DNA of 13,842 nt, taken from a bacterium (GTDB taxonomy: Bacteria > Desulfobacterota > DSWW01). The stretch is taken from contig JBFLZG010000075.1 in assembly GCA_040756235.1 (NCBI GenBank), positions 1 through 13,842 on the forward strand, in the 5' to 3' direction. Below the pieces are notes generated by a model, which did not search any database, was not told where the DNA came from, and worked only from the letters and a program-made list of their open reading frames with translations. Positions 5,976 to 13,828 of the stretch are shown piece by piece. Position numbers and translations under genes: made by a program. Position 1 is the stretch's first letter, and every line of letters starts with the position of its first letter.

Positions 5976-8900
5976 TCAGTCTCCTCCCTCGGTCAGCGGC
6001 GGGGCCGCGGCCGGATCGGAGACCGCCTGGGCCGCGCCTCGGGGGGAGGCTCTGCGCACGAGCTCGCGGAGCAGCACGAAAAAGGCCGGCGTGAAGAAGA
6101 TGGCAAGAAACGTTTCCGCCAACATCCCGCCGAACACGCCGGTGCCGATGGAGTGGCGGCTGGCTGCCCCGGCGCCTGTGGCCACGACCAGGGGCGTCAC
6201 GCCCAGGATGAACGCCATGGAGGTCATCACGATCGGCCGGAAGCGCAGCCGGGCGCCCTCGAGCGCGGCTTCCGCGACCGGAAGCCCGGCCTGATGGCGC
6301 TTGTTGGCGAACTCCACGATCAGGATCGCGTTCTTGGCGGAGAGGCCGATCAGGGTGACCAACCCGATGTGAAAGTAGATGTCGTTCGTGAGGCCCCGAA
6401 TCCAGACGGCGGACAAGGCGCCGACCACGCCGAAGGGGACGGCCAGGTTCACGACCAGGGGAACGGACCAGCTCTCGTATTGGGCGGCCAGCACCAGAAA
6501 GACCATGAGCAGGCCGAAGGCGAACGCCAGCACCGAGGCCGCTCCGGCCTTGCGCTCCTGGTACGAAATGCCGCTCCAGTCCAGACTGTAGCCGCGGGGC
6601 GCCAACACCTCCTGCGCGATGCGCTCCAGCGCCTCGAGAGCCTGTCCCGAGCTGTGGCCCGCGGCCGCGGTGCCCAGCACGAAGGCCGTGTTGAGCCCGT
6701 TGAAGTGGGTCACCGGGTCCGGCCCGCTGGTGAACTCCGTGGCCACCACCGTGTTGAGCGGAATCATGGACGGGCCGTGCCCGTTCAGGGCGCGGATGTA
6801 GATCTTGGCGATGTCCTCGGGGCTGGACCGGTACTGCGGCTCGGCCTCGGCCTGCACCCGGTACACGCGGCCGAACTTGACGAAGTCGTTGATGTACAGG
6901 TTCCCCCAGTAGGCCTGCAGGGTGTCGAACACGTCCGAGATGGGGACCCCCAGGGCCTTGGCGCGCTCCCGGTTCACGCGGGCGTAGAGCCGCGGTGCGC
7001 TCACGCGGAAATTGGTGTCGATCGCCCCGATGGCCGGATCCTGGCGCGCCTTGGCGATGAACTCCTGGGCGACCGCGGCGAACTTCCTGAAGTCGCCGCC
7101 GCTGGGATCCTGCAATTGCAGGGAAAAGCCGCCGGTGGCGCCGAGCCCGCGGATGGAGGGCGCGTTGAAGGGCAGGACCAGCGCCTCCGGGATCCCTCCG
7201 AACTGCCGTTGAGCGGCTCCGATGAGGGCCTTCACGTGCTCCTCGGGCCTGGTGCGCTCGTCCCAGTGCTTGAGCGGCAGGAACATCGTCGCCGAATTCG
7301 GGCCGCGCGTGTTGAAGACGAAGTTCAGGCCGGACATGGCGTTGGTGGAATAGATCGCCGGAATCGAGAGAAAGTAGCGCTCCACCCGGCCGAGCACGGC
7401 ATCGGTCCTCTGTTTGGAGGCTCCGTCGGGCAGTTGCACGGCCACGATGAAGTAGCCCTGGTCCTCCTCCGGCAGGAAGCTCGGCGGAATCACCCGAAAC
7501 AGCGTGAGGCCGAGCGCGATCACGATCAGGAAGACCGCCGGCGCCAGGGCCGCTCTCCTGATGACGAGTCCCACCGACCGGGTGTAGCGGTCCCGCGCCC
7601 AGTCGAAGAAGCGGTTGAAGAGCCGGAAGGGGCCCCGCTTCGCGCTGTGGCCCGGCTTGAGCACCCGGGCGCAGAGGGCCGGGCTCAGCGTGAGCGCCAC
7701 GAACCCCGAGATCGTCACGGACATGGCAATGGTGATCGCAAACTGCTTGTAGAGCTGGCCGGTGATGCCTCCCAGGAAGCTCACGGGAATGTACACGGAG
7801 CAGAGAACCAGGACGATGGCGATGACCGGCCCGGTGACTTCCTGCATCGCCTTGCGGGCGGCGTCCCTGGGCGCGAGCCCCCGCTCCATGTGGCGTTCGA
7901 CATTCTCGACCACGAGGATCGCGTCGTCGACCACCAGCCCGATGGACAGCACCATGCCGAACAAGGTCAGGGTGTTGATTGAAAAGCCCAACGCATCCAT
8001 GCCGGCAAAGGTGCCGATCAGCGAGACCGGAACCGCTACCAGGGGGATCAGGGTGGCACGCCAGCTCTGGAGAAAGAGAAAGACGACGAGAATGACCAGC
8101 ACCATGGCCTCGCCCAGGGTCTTGATCACCTCGTGGATGGAGACCTCGATGAAGCGGGTCGTGTCGTACGGGATGTCCCACGAGACTCCGGGAGGGAAGC
8201 GCTTGGCCAGCTCTTGCATCTGCGCGCGCACCTCCCTCACCGTGTCGAGGGCATTGGCTCCCGGTGACAGGAAGGTCAGGAGAAACACGTTCGGTTTCCC
8301 GTTCAAGCGGCCTTCGAGGGTATAGGACTGGGCCCCCAGCTCGACCTTGGCCACGTCGCGGAGGCGAATCATGGAGCCGTCCGGCAGCGCCCTGACGATC
8401 ATCTCTTCGAAGTCCTTTACCTCCGTGAGGCGGCCCTGCGTGATCACCGGGACGGTGAGCTCCGTGCCCTTGGAGGCCGGCTCGCGGCCCACCGTACCGG
8501 CCGGAAAATCCCGGTTCTGCTCGCGCACCACGTTCGTGATATCGGTCGGCGTGAGGTCGAGCTGCGCCATCCGGATCGGGTCCAGGATGATGCGCATGGA
8601 GTAGTTCTGCTGTCCGAACACGTAGGCGTCGCCCATGCCGGGCAGCCGCTTGATGGAGTCGACCATGTGGAGGATCGCGTAGTTGGAGAGAAAGACGGTG
8701 TCATGCCGGGGATCGGTGGAGCTCAGCGCCACGACCGTCAGCAGGTCCGGCGACTGTTTGCGCACCGTGATGCCCTGCCGCACCACCTCGGGCGGAAGCT
8801 GCGGCTCCGCCAGCTTCTGGCGGTTTTCGGTCTGCACCTGTGCAATATCGATGTCGGTCCCGATCTCGAAGGTGAGCCGGATGGTCATGTGGCCGTCGTT

Positions 8901-9152
8901 GGTGCTGGTCGAGTCATAGTAAAGGAGGTTGTCGATCCCCGGGAGCTGCACTTCGATGGGGCGCGCCACCGATTCGGCGACCACTTCCGCGCTCGCGCCC
9001 GGATAGTCGGCCTCGATCTGCACCACGGGAGGCGTGATTTCCGGAAACTGGGCCAGGGGCAGGGAGCGCAGGGCGATCAGCCCCACCACCACGATGATGA
9101 TGGACAGGACCGACGCAAAGACCGGACGCTCGATGAAGAAGCGAGGGCTCAC
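5976..9152 (-). CDS. RND permease, HAE1 family (AcrB/MexF/BepE-like), 1058 aa
   Basis: FFIERPVFA, FPEITPP, proton-relay motifs IGLVVDDAILVVEN and SAKNAILIVEFA, RFRPIVMTS, FLPEEDQG. Confidence 0.97.
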   Translation of the reverse strand: MSPRFFIERPVFASVLSIIIVVVGLIALRSLPLAQFPEITPPVVQIEADYPGASAEVVAESVARPIEVQLPGIDNLLYYDSTSTNDGHMTIRLTFEIGTDIDIAQVQTENRQKLAEPQLPPEVVRQGITVRKQSPDLLTVVALSSTDPRHDTVFLSNYAILHMVDSIKRLPGMGDAYVFGQQNYSMRIILDPIRMAQLDLTPTDITNVVREQNRDFPAGTVGREPASKGTELTVPVITQGRLTEVKDFEEMIVRALPDGSMIRLRDVAKVELGAQSYTLEGRLNGKPNVFLLTFLSPGANALDTVREVRAQMQELAKRFPPGVSWDIPYDTTRFIEVSIHEVIKTLGEAMVLVILVVFLFLQSWRATLIPLVAVPVSLIGTFAGMDALGFSINTLTLFGMVLSIGLVVDDAILVVENVERHMERGLAPRDAARKAMQEVTGPVIAIVLVLCSVYIPVSFLGGITGQLYKQFAITIAMSVTISGFVALTLSPALCARVLKPGHSAKRGPFRLFNRFFDWARDRYTRSVGLVIRRAALAPAVFLIVIALGLTLFRVIPPSFLPEEDQGYFIVAVQLPDGASKQRTDAVLGRVERYFLSIPAIYSTNAMSGLNFVFNTRGPNSATMFLPLKHWDERTRPEEHVKALIGAAQRQFGGIPEALVLPFNAPSIRGLGATGGFSLQLQDPSGGDFRKFAAVAQEFIAKARQDPAIGAIDTNFRVSAPRLYARVNRERAKALGVPISDVFDTLQAYWGNLYINDFVKFGRVYRVQAEAEPQYRSSPEDIAKIYIRALNGHGPSMIPLNTVVATEFTSGPDPVTHFNGLNTAFVLGTAAAGHSSGQALEALERIAQEVLAPRGYSLDWSGISYQERKAGAASVLAFAFGLLMVFLVLAAQYESWSVPLVVNLAVPFGVVGALSAVWIRGLTNDIYFHIGLVTLIGLSAKNAILIVEFANKRHQAGLPVAEAALEGARLRFRPIVMTSMAFILGVTPLVVATGAGAASRHSIGTGVFGGMLAETFLAIFFTPAFFVLLRELVRRASPRGAAQAVSDPAAAPPLTEGGD

Positions 9153-9153
9153 T

Positions 9154-10425
9154 TTAACCGGCTCCTTGTTCCTCTGCCTCAGGAGCCCGGCACACCGTCG
9201 AGGTCTCGCCGTTCCCGCACGGGACCGGTTTGACCCGAGCTCCCGGCATCATCTTCTGGAAGCCTTCCACCACGATCCGATCTCCTGCGCGCAGTCCTTC
9301 TTCGATGAACCATTGGCTGCCGATCCAGTTGGCGGCCTGGACATCACGGATTTCCACCTTGTCGCCTGCGCCCACGACGTAGACCACGGGCCCTTTCGCA
9401 CCCTGCTGGACCGCGCGCTGCGGCACCAGGACGGCTTCCGTCCTCATGTATCCCTTGATGCGAACGGTGACGAACTGCCCGGGGAGCAGGATCCGATCGG
9501 GATTGGCAAAGGTGAACCGTCCTTGTCTGGACCCCGTCTCGACGCGATAGACGACGTCGGAGAAATCCAGCACCCCCTCATAGGGGTACGTGGTGCCGTC
9601 CAGGAAGGTAATGACCCCCCGGAGCCGGTCGCCGTTCGGCAACTGGACCCTCTTCTCTGCCAGCTCCCTGCGCAGCTGCAGCAGGTAGCTTTCCGGAGTG
9701 CTCACGGTCACGTAGATCGGGTCCACCTGGTGGATGATCGTGAGCAGGTCGCTCTGGGCCGAGACCAGGCGTCCTTCGTAGACCCGGGTCCGCTCGATCA
9801 GGCCGGAGATGGGGGCGACGATGAGGGTGTTGTCGAGATCGAAGCGGGCCTTCACCAGCTGTCCTCTGGCCGATTCCAGGGCGGCCTTGGCCGCGAGCTC
9901 CTCGGCGACCGCGTCGTCGACGTCCTTCTGGCTCACGGCCTGCTCCGGCAGGAGAGGCCTCACGCGATCGAGGTTCTGCCTGGCCTGCGTGAGCCGTGCC
10001 TCGGCCTGGGCCGCCATCGCCTTGGCGCTCACCACGGCCGCCCTGAACGGCACGGGGTCGATCTGATAGAGGCGGTCTCCCTTCTTGACTTCATGGCCCT
10101 CCTGGAAGAATCGTTCCCGGACGATGCCGGTCACCTGGGACCGGATTTCGACCGGCCTGGAGGATTCGGCCTGACCGATGAACTCGGGCTCGTCCGGTAT
10201 GGTCTGGGTGGCCACGGTCATGACCGGGACTTCCTGCACGGGAGGAGGCGGCGCGGAGCCGGCTCCTCTTTCACAGCCCAGCGACCCGGCTGCCAGCAAC
10301 AGCCAAGCGCCCAGCACGAAAGCGAGCCTCGGCATGCGCGAACGGACGTCCGGTGCGGCGCTCTCTTCAAGCCCCACACGGGTTCTCCCCATCATCTTTG
10401 AGATGCGCATCCGCTCGAGATCCAT
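9154..10425 (-). CDS. RND periplasmic adaptor (membrane fusion protein, AcrA family), probable lipoprotein
   Basis: VEIRSQVTGIV, GHEVKKGDRLYQIDP, APISGLI, NPDRILLPGQFV, VPQRAVQ, GLRAGDRIVVEG. Hydrophobic segment ending SLGC. Start is ambiguous: ATG 10425 (with GGAGG) or ATG 10335 (directly before the signal peptide). Confidence 0.95.
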   Translation of the reverse strand: MDLERMRISKMMGRTRVGLEESAAPDVRSRMPRLAFVLGAWLLLAAGSLGCERGAGSAPPPPVQEVPVMTVATQTIPDEPEFIGQAESSRPVEIRSQVTGIVRERFFQEGHEVKKGDRLYQIDPVPFRAAVVSAKAMAAQAEARLTQARQNLDRVRPLLPEQAVSQKDVDDAVAEELAAKAALESARGQLVKARFDLDNTLIVAPISGLIERTRVYEGRLVSAQSDLLTIIHQVDPIYVTVSTPESYLLQLRRELAEKRVQLPNGDRLRGVITFLDGTTYPYEGVLDFSDVVYRVETGSRQGRFTFANPDRILLPGQFVTVRIKGYMRTEAVLVPQRAVQQGAKGPVVYVVGAGDKVEIRDVQAANWIGSQWFIEEGLRAGDRIVVEGFQKMMPGARVKPVPCGNGETSTVCRAPEAEEQGAG

Positions 10426-10720
10426 GTGATCGACCTCCCTCTCTTCCTTCTTGCACGATCTGTTCGACGATGCACCTGGTTAAGCACCCGGACGCCACCA
10501 GCTCCGCCCCGCCCCGAACCATCCGGATGAGCAGGGCCTTGCCCTCCGCGTCGATGAACGAGACCGACGACAAGTCGATGCGCGCGGGACGGGCGGTCGG
10601 CTCCTCGCCGGCGCCGGAGCGCCAGCATAGCTCCAGCTCCTTCACCCAGGGTCCCGCGAGCTTCCCCTCGAGGCTGATGAGGAAGACGTCCGATTCGATG
10701 TGCTGCGTGATCTTCAACAT
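10367..10720 (-). CDS. Small STAS/anti-anti-sigma-like (STAS_2/MlaB-like) protein, ~117 aa
   Basis: MLKIT...ISLEGKLAGPWVKELE...IDLSSVSFIDAEGKALL..M...GAEL matches the STAS pattern (LxGxL; DLSxVxFxDxxG). Start set at ATG 10720 because ATG 10777 lies upstream of the sigma54 promoter. Confidence 0.85.
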   Translation of the reverse strand: MLKITQHIESDVFLISLEGKLAGPWVKELELCWRSGAGEEPTARPARIDLSSVSFIDAEGKALLIRMVRGGAELVASGCLTRCIVEQIVQEGREGGRSHGSRADAHLKDDGENPCGA

Positions 10721-10737
10721 GGCGAGCCGACAGAGGG

Positions 10738-10752
10738 GCAATTCGCATGCCA
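10738..10752 (-). promoter_or_regulatory. Sigma54 (RpoN) -24/-12 promoter
   Basis: Minus strand TGGCATG-CGAA-TTGC against consensus TGGCACG-N4-TTGC, with exact GG-N10-GC spacing; lies between a bEBP gene and the STAS-RND genes. Confidence 0.88.
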
Positions 10753-10863
10753 CGGGGAGTCGGAAACAAGCGAACATGGGCCAAGGGGCTGAAACAGCAA
10801 AGGAGTGATGGCTTCCTGCCGACTCGTTCTGGTACCGCAGCGGGATGGGATGCCGAAGAATTC

Positions 10864-10899
10864 ACGCCGAGATATCGGCAGATGCCGATATCTCGGCGT
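10864..10899. promoter_or_regulatory. Perfect 17-bp inverted repeat containing two GCCGA-N4-TCGGC palindromes; putative enhancer (UAS)
   Basis: ACGCCGAGATATCGGCA-GA-TGCCGATATCTCGGCGT; sites at 10866-10879 and 10884-10897, about 115-145 bp upstream of the -24 box. The repeat is directly seen; the UAS role is inferred. Confidence 0.7.
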
Positions 10900-12992
10900 C
10901 AGACGCGGCGGGAGATGCCGAACCGCTTCATCCTGGATTGAAGGGTGGTGCGTTTCATGCCCAGCAGGGCGGCGGCGCCCGAGGGCCCCCCGATCACTCC
11001 GTTGGCTTGTTGCAAGGCACGCAAGATGTGCTCGCGTTCGGCCTCCTCGAGGGTCGCTACCCGGTTGGCAGCAGCCTCGCGGGCCGGCTTGAGCTCGGCG
11101 AGCGGAACGAGAAGCCGGGAGCCCGCGGAGAGAATGACGGCGCGTTCGACGAAATTTTCCAGCTCACGCACGTTGCCGGGCCAGGGATAATTCGTGAGGG
11201 CCGCCATCGCTTCGGCCGGGATCGTTTCGATGCGCTTGTTCATGAGCCGCGAGTACTTCTGAGCGAAGTAACGCACGAGCAACGGGATGTCTTCACGGCG
11301 CTCACGCAGGGGCGGGACCACGATCGGGAATACGTTCAGGCGGTAGTAGAGATCGCTGCGAAATTGTCCTTCGGCCACCCCCTTGAACAGATCGCGATTG
11401 GTGGCGGCGACCAGCCGGACAGCGACCCGAATGGTCCGTGTGCTGCCCAAACGTTCGAATTCCTTCTCCTGCAGGACGCGCAGCAGCTTGGCTTGCAGCT
11501 CGGGCGATATGTCTCCGACCTCGTCCAGGAAAAGGGTCCCCTGGTGGGCCAGCTCGAAGCGGCCGATCTTTTGCGTGATGGCGCCGGTAAACGCCCCTTT
11601 TTCGTGGCCGAACAGCTCGCTCTCCAGCAGGCCCGTGGGGATGGCGGCGCAGTTCACCTTGACCAGGGTGCGATCCCGGCGCCTGCTCAGATGGCGGATG
11701 GCCCGGGCGATGAGCTCCTTGCCCGTACCGGTCTCTCCCTGGATCAACACGGTGGAATCCGTGGGGGCGACGATTTCCACCTGCTTGAGGACGCGCTTGA
11801 GAGCGGTGCTGTCGCCGACGATCTCCTCGAAATCGTATTGCGTCTGGATCTCCTCCTCCAGGTAGAGCTTTTCTTCGGCGAGCCGGTTGTTGAGCTCCGT
11901 CACCTGACGATAGGCCAGCGCGTTCTCCACGGCGATCGAGATCTGGCCCGCGACTTGGGCCAGGAGGGACGCGGCTTCCTGGCCGAAGGCGGCTTCTCGC
12001 CGGCTGGCAATGCTCAACGTCCCCAGCAACCGGCTGTGGGAGATCAGCGGCACGCAGCAGGCTGATTTCATCCCCTCCTCCAACAGGATCCGCCCGAGCT
12101 CGGTGGGCATCTTCTCGAAGTCCGCAGTGCCGTGCAGGACCGGCTGGCGCGACCGGAGCGCCTCGGAAACGGGCGAGTCTCCCATCGCACAGCAGACCAC
12201 GCCCTCGTGAAAGAGGCCCCGGCTGTCCGGAAAATCGAGGGCGTGCAGCCGGATCTGGTTCTCCGCGGGCTCATAGAGGCCCAGGCTGGTCATGTCGGCG
12301 CGCATCACCCGGCGCAGCTTGGCGCCGATCGCGGTGAACAGCTCCCGCAGATCGAGGGTGGAGACGACCGCGTTGTTCACATCCAGCAGGAGGCGCAGGC
12401 GATCCCTCTCCCGGGACAGCTCCTGCTGATAGGTGCGCGCTCTCTGCGAGTTCAGCGCGTTGTCGACCGCCACGGACGCCTGTCGCACCGCCTTGTGCAG
12501 GAAATCGAGATCCGATTCGTTGAATGCAGGCTCGCCCGACCTCCCGAACGACAGAGCTCCCAGGCGCCGTTGGGCTGTCGTCAGGGGGACCGCGCACAGG
12601 GATCGGATGTCCTGGTCGCGCAGGGTCTGCATGAGCCTTGGAAAGCGGCTCTCCGCTCCGATCCGAGGGATGAGCAGCGGCTGCTGGTTCTGCCACACCC
12701 AACCCTCCGGAGTCTCTTCCACGGGAAGGTCGAGATTCGGATGGCGGGAGAGAGAGCGCGGCGATTCCAGGACGTGCAGTCCCGTGGCGTTCCGATCGGA
12801 GTCGTGCAGGATCAGACCGGCATACTGAAAGGGAACGACGCGCCGCAGGATCGGAGCCAGATCGTGGAACAGCTGCTCCAGGTCGCGGTGCAGGGAGACG
12901 GATTCCGCGACCTCGAGCAGGGCCTGGACCCGCTCGGCGTGCGGGCTCCGGACCCTTTCAACGGCGGATGGCTTGTCCGTGGCGTGCAACAT
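10899..12992 (-). CDS. Sigma54-dependent enhancer-binding activator, GAF-GAF-AAA+-HTH (FhlA-like), 697 aa
   Basis: Two GAF-like repeats (SLCAVPL...RLGAL; SACCVPL...LLGTL), Walker A GETGTGKE, ESELFGHEKGAFTGA, Walker B LFLDE, FRSDLYYRLNV, WPGNVRELEN, FhlA-type HTH GGPSGAAALLGMKRTTLQSRMK. Confidence 0.95.
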   Translation of the reverse strand: MLHATDKPSAVERVRSPHAERVQALLEVAESVSLHRDLEQLFHDLAPILRRVVPFQYAGLILHDSDRNATGLHVLESPRSLSRHPNLDLPVEETPEGWVWQNQQPLLIPRIGAESRFPRLMQTLRDQDIRSLCAVPLTTAQRRLGALSFGRSGEPAFNESDLDFLHKAVRQASVAVDNALNSQRARTYQQELSRERDRLRLLLDVNNAVVSTLDLRELFTAIGAKLRRVMRADMTSLGLYEPAENQIRLHALDFPDSRGLFHEGVVCCAMGDSPVSEALRSRQPVLHGTADFEKMPTELGRILLEEGMKSACCVPLISHSRLLGTLSIASRREAAFGQEAASLLAQVAGQISIAVENALAYRQVTELNNRLAEEKLYLEEEIQTQYDFEEIVGDSTALKRVLKQVEIVAPTDSTVLIQGETGTGKELIARAIRHLSRRRDRTLVKVNCAAIPTGLLESELFGHEKGAFTGAITQKIGRFELAHQGTLFLDEVGDISPELQAKLLRVLQEKEFERLGSTRTIRVAVRLVAATNRDLFKGVAEGQFRSDLYYRLNVFPIVVPPLRERREDIPLLVRYFAQKYSRLMNKRIETIPAEAMAALTNYPWPGNVRELENFVERAVILSAGSRLLVPLAELKPAREAAANRVATLEEAEREHILRALQQANGVIGGPSGAAALLGMKRTTLQSRMKRFGISRRV

Positions 12993-13491
12993 CGGAATGC
13001 TCAGCCCGCCCGCACATGCTTGCGCGGGCCGGGAGATCTTGTTTCAGCACCTCTTCCGCCTCCGCGATCCTGGCCCTCAGGTCGACCCGCTCCCGCTGCA
13101 GGTCGTTCTTCTTCCTGGAGGTCTGGGTGCGGTGGATCTTCTTGTTCAACTCCTCCAGCTCTGTCTGCTCCTGCGCCAGCCGCTGGCTCCATTGATCCTG
13201 TTCCCGGCGTACCTGCTCCATGCAGACCGCGGCGGGATCCTCGCCTCGGGGCCGGCCTCGCGCCCCGCTCTCCGCCTCCGGCGCGGACACGAAAGACTTG
13301 AAGATCGTCACTTCGGGCAAGGGAAGAACCTCCAGCCTTTCACGGAAAGGGGCCGGCACCAGGCGCGGGTCATTGGTGAAGTGCCGGGTCCCCCGGTCGT
13401 CTTCCCATTCGTAAATCGCCGCCCGCGAGACCCCCGGCAAGAGGGCCGCGGCCAGGAGCCCGGCCAGGGCGACTGCCTGCAATCGGGTCAT
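12958..13491 (-). CDS. Exported DUF4124-like protein with C-terminal coiled coil
   Basis: Signal peptide ending SRA/AIY; motif IYEWEDDRGTRHFTNDP; charged helical C-terminus; GGAGG upstream of ATG 13491. Confidence 0.85.
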   Translation of the reverse strand: MTRLQAVALAGLLAAALLPGVSRAAIYEWEDDRGTRHFTNDPRLVPAPFRERLEVLPLPEVTIFKSFVSAPEAESGARGRPRGEDPAAVCMEQVRREQDQWSQRLAQEQTELEELNKKIHRTQTSRKKNDLQRERVDLRARIAEAEEVLKQDLPARASMCGRAEHSDVARHGQAIRR

Positions 13492-13701
13492 GGGGATTCC
13501 TCCGTCCGGAGTGGGGATGGCTCCTGAAGGCCGCGTCGTTCACCGGGTCGCCGCAGCGATGCTGCGTCGATCCGCCGCGTTGCCCGGCCTCCGGGAGCGT
13601 GGCCTCGCTGCACCAGCTCCTCTTGCAGTAGATGCCAAACGGATATGGCCTGATTCCCTCCACGCGGTTTGCGAGGTATGGCGGCTCAATGGACCCTAAG
13701 T

Positions 13702-13828
13702 AGAGGCTGTCCCAAAACGCCCATCTGCGGCGTTGCACTTGTCCTTCGTCACTGCGGCGTACTTCCATGTACGCCTCGTTCCTCAGGACTTCGTGCGCCT
13801 TGCATCTGGGCATTTTTGAACAGCCTCT
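13702..13828. mobile_element. 127-bp MITE-like non-autonomous element with terminal inverted repeats
   Basis: Left end AGAGGCTGTCCCAAAACGCCCATCTGC versus reverse-complemented right end AGAGGCTGTTCAAAAATGCCCAGATGC (22/27 identical, first 9 perfect); central GGCGTAC-N6-GTACGCC hairpin (13756-13775); second copy at 1907-1955; no transposase. Confidence 0.8.

Noticed and set aside
5836..8181. 781-aa minus-strand ORF inside the RND permease
   Set aside because: Alternative-frame, Arg/Pro/Gly-rich artefact of GC-biased codon usage; the permease frame is intact.
10899..12992. Naming the activator fhlA or implying formate regulation
   Set aside because: The architecture is FhlA-like but there is no formate hydrogenlyase context; orthology is not established.
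13622..13638. TTGGCATCTACTGCAAG on the minus strand as a second sigma54 promoter
   Set aside because: Spacing is GG-N8-GC, not the strict GG-N10-GC.
13495..13700. Possible c-di-GMP-I riboswitch upstream of the DUF4124 gene (GCAAACC on the minus strand)
   Set aside because: The following GAAA-loop stem and GACGCAAAG core are absent; an Rfam scan would be needed to exclude other RNAs.
13370..13813. 147-aa ORF beginning MPRCKAHEVLRNEAY
   Set aside because: Starts inside the MITE-like repeat and overlaps the DUF4124 gene out of frame; probably spurious.
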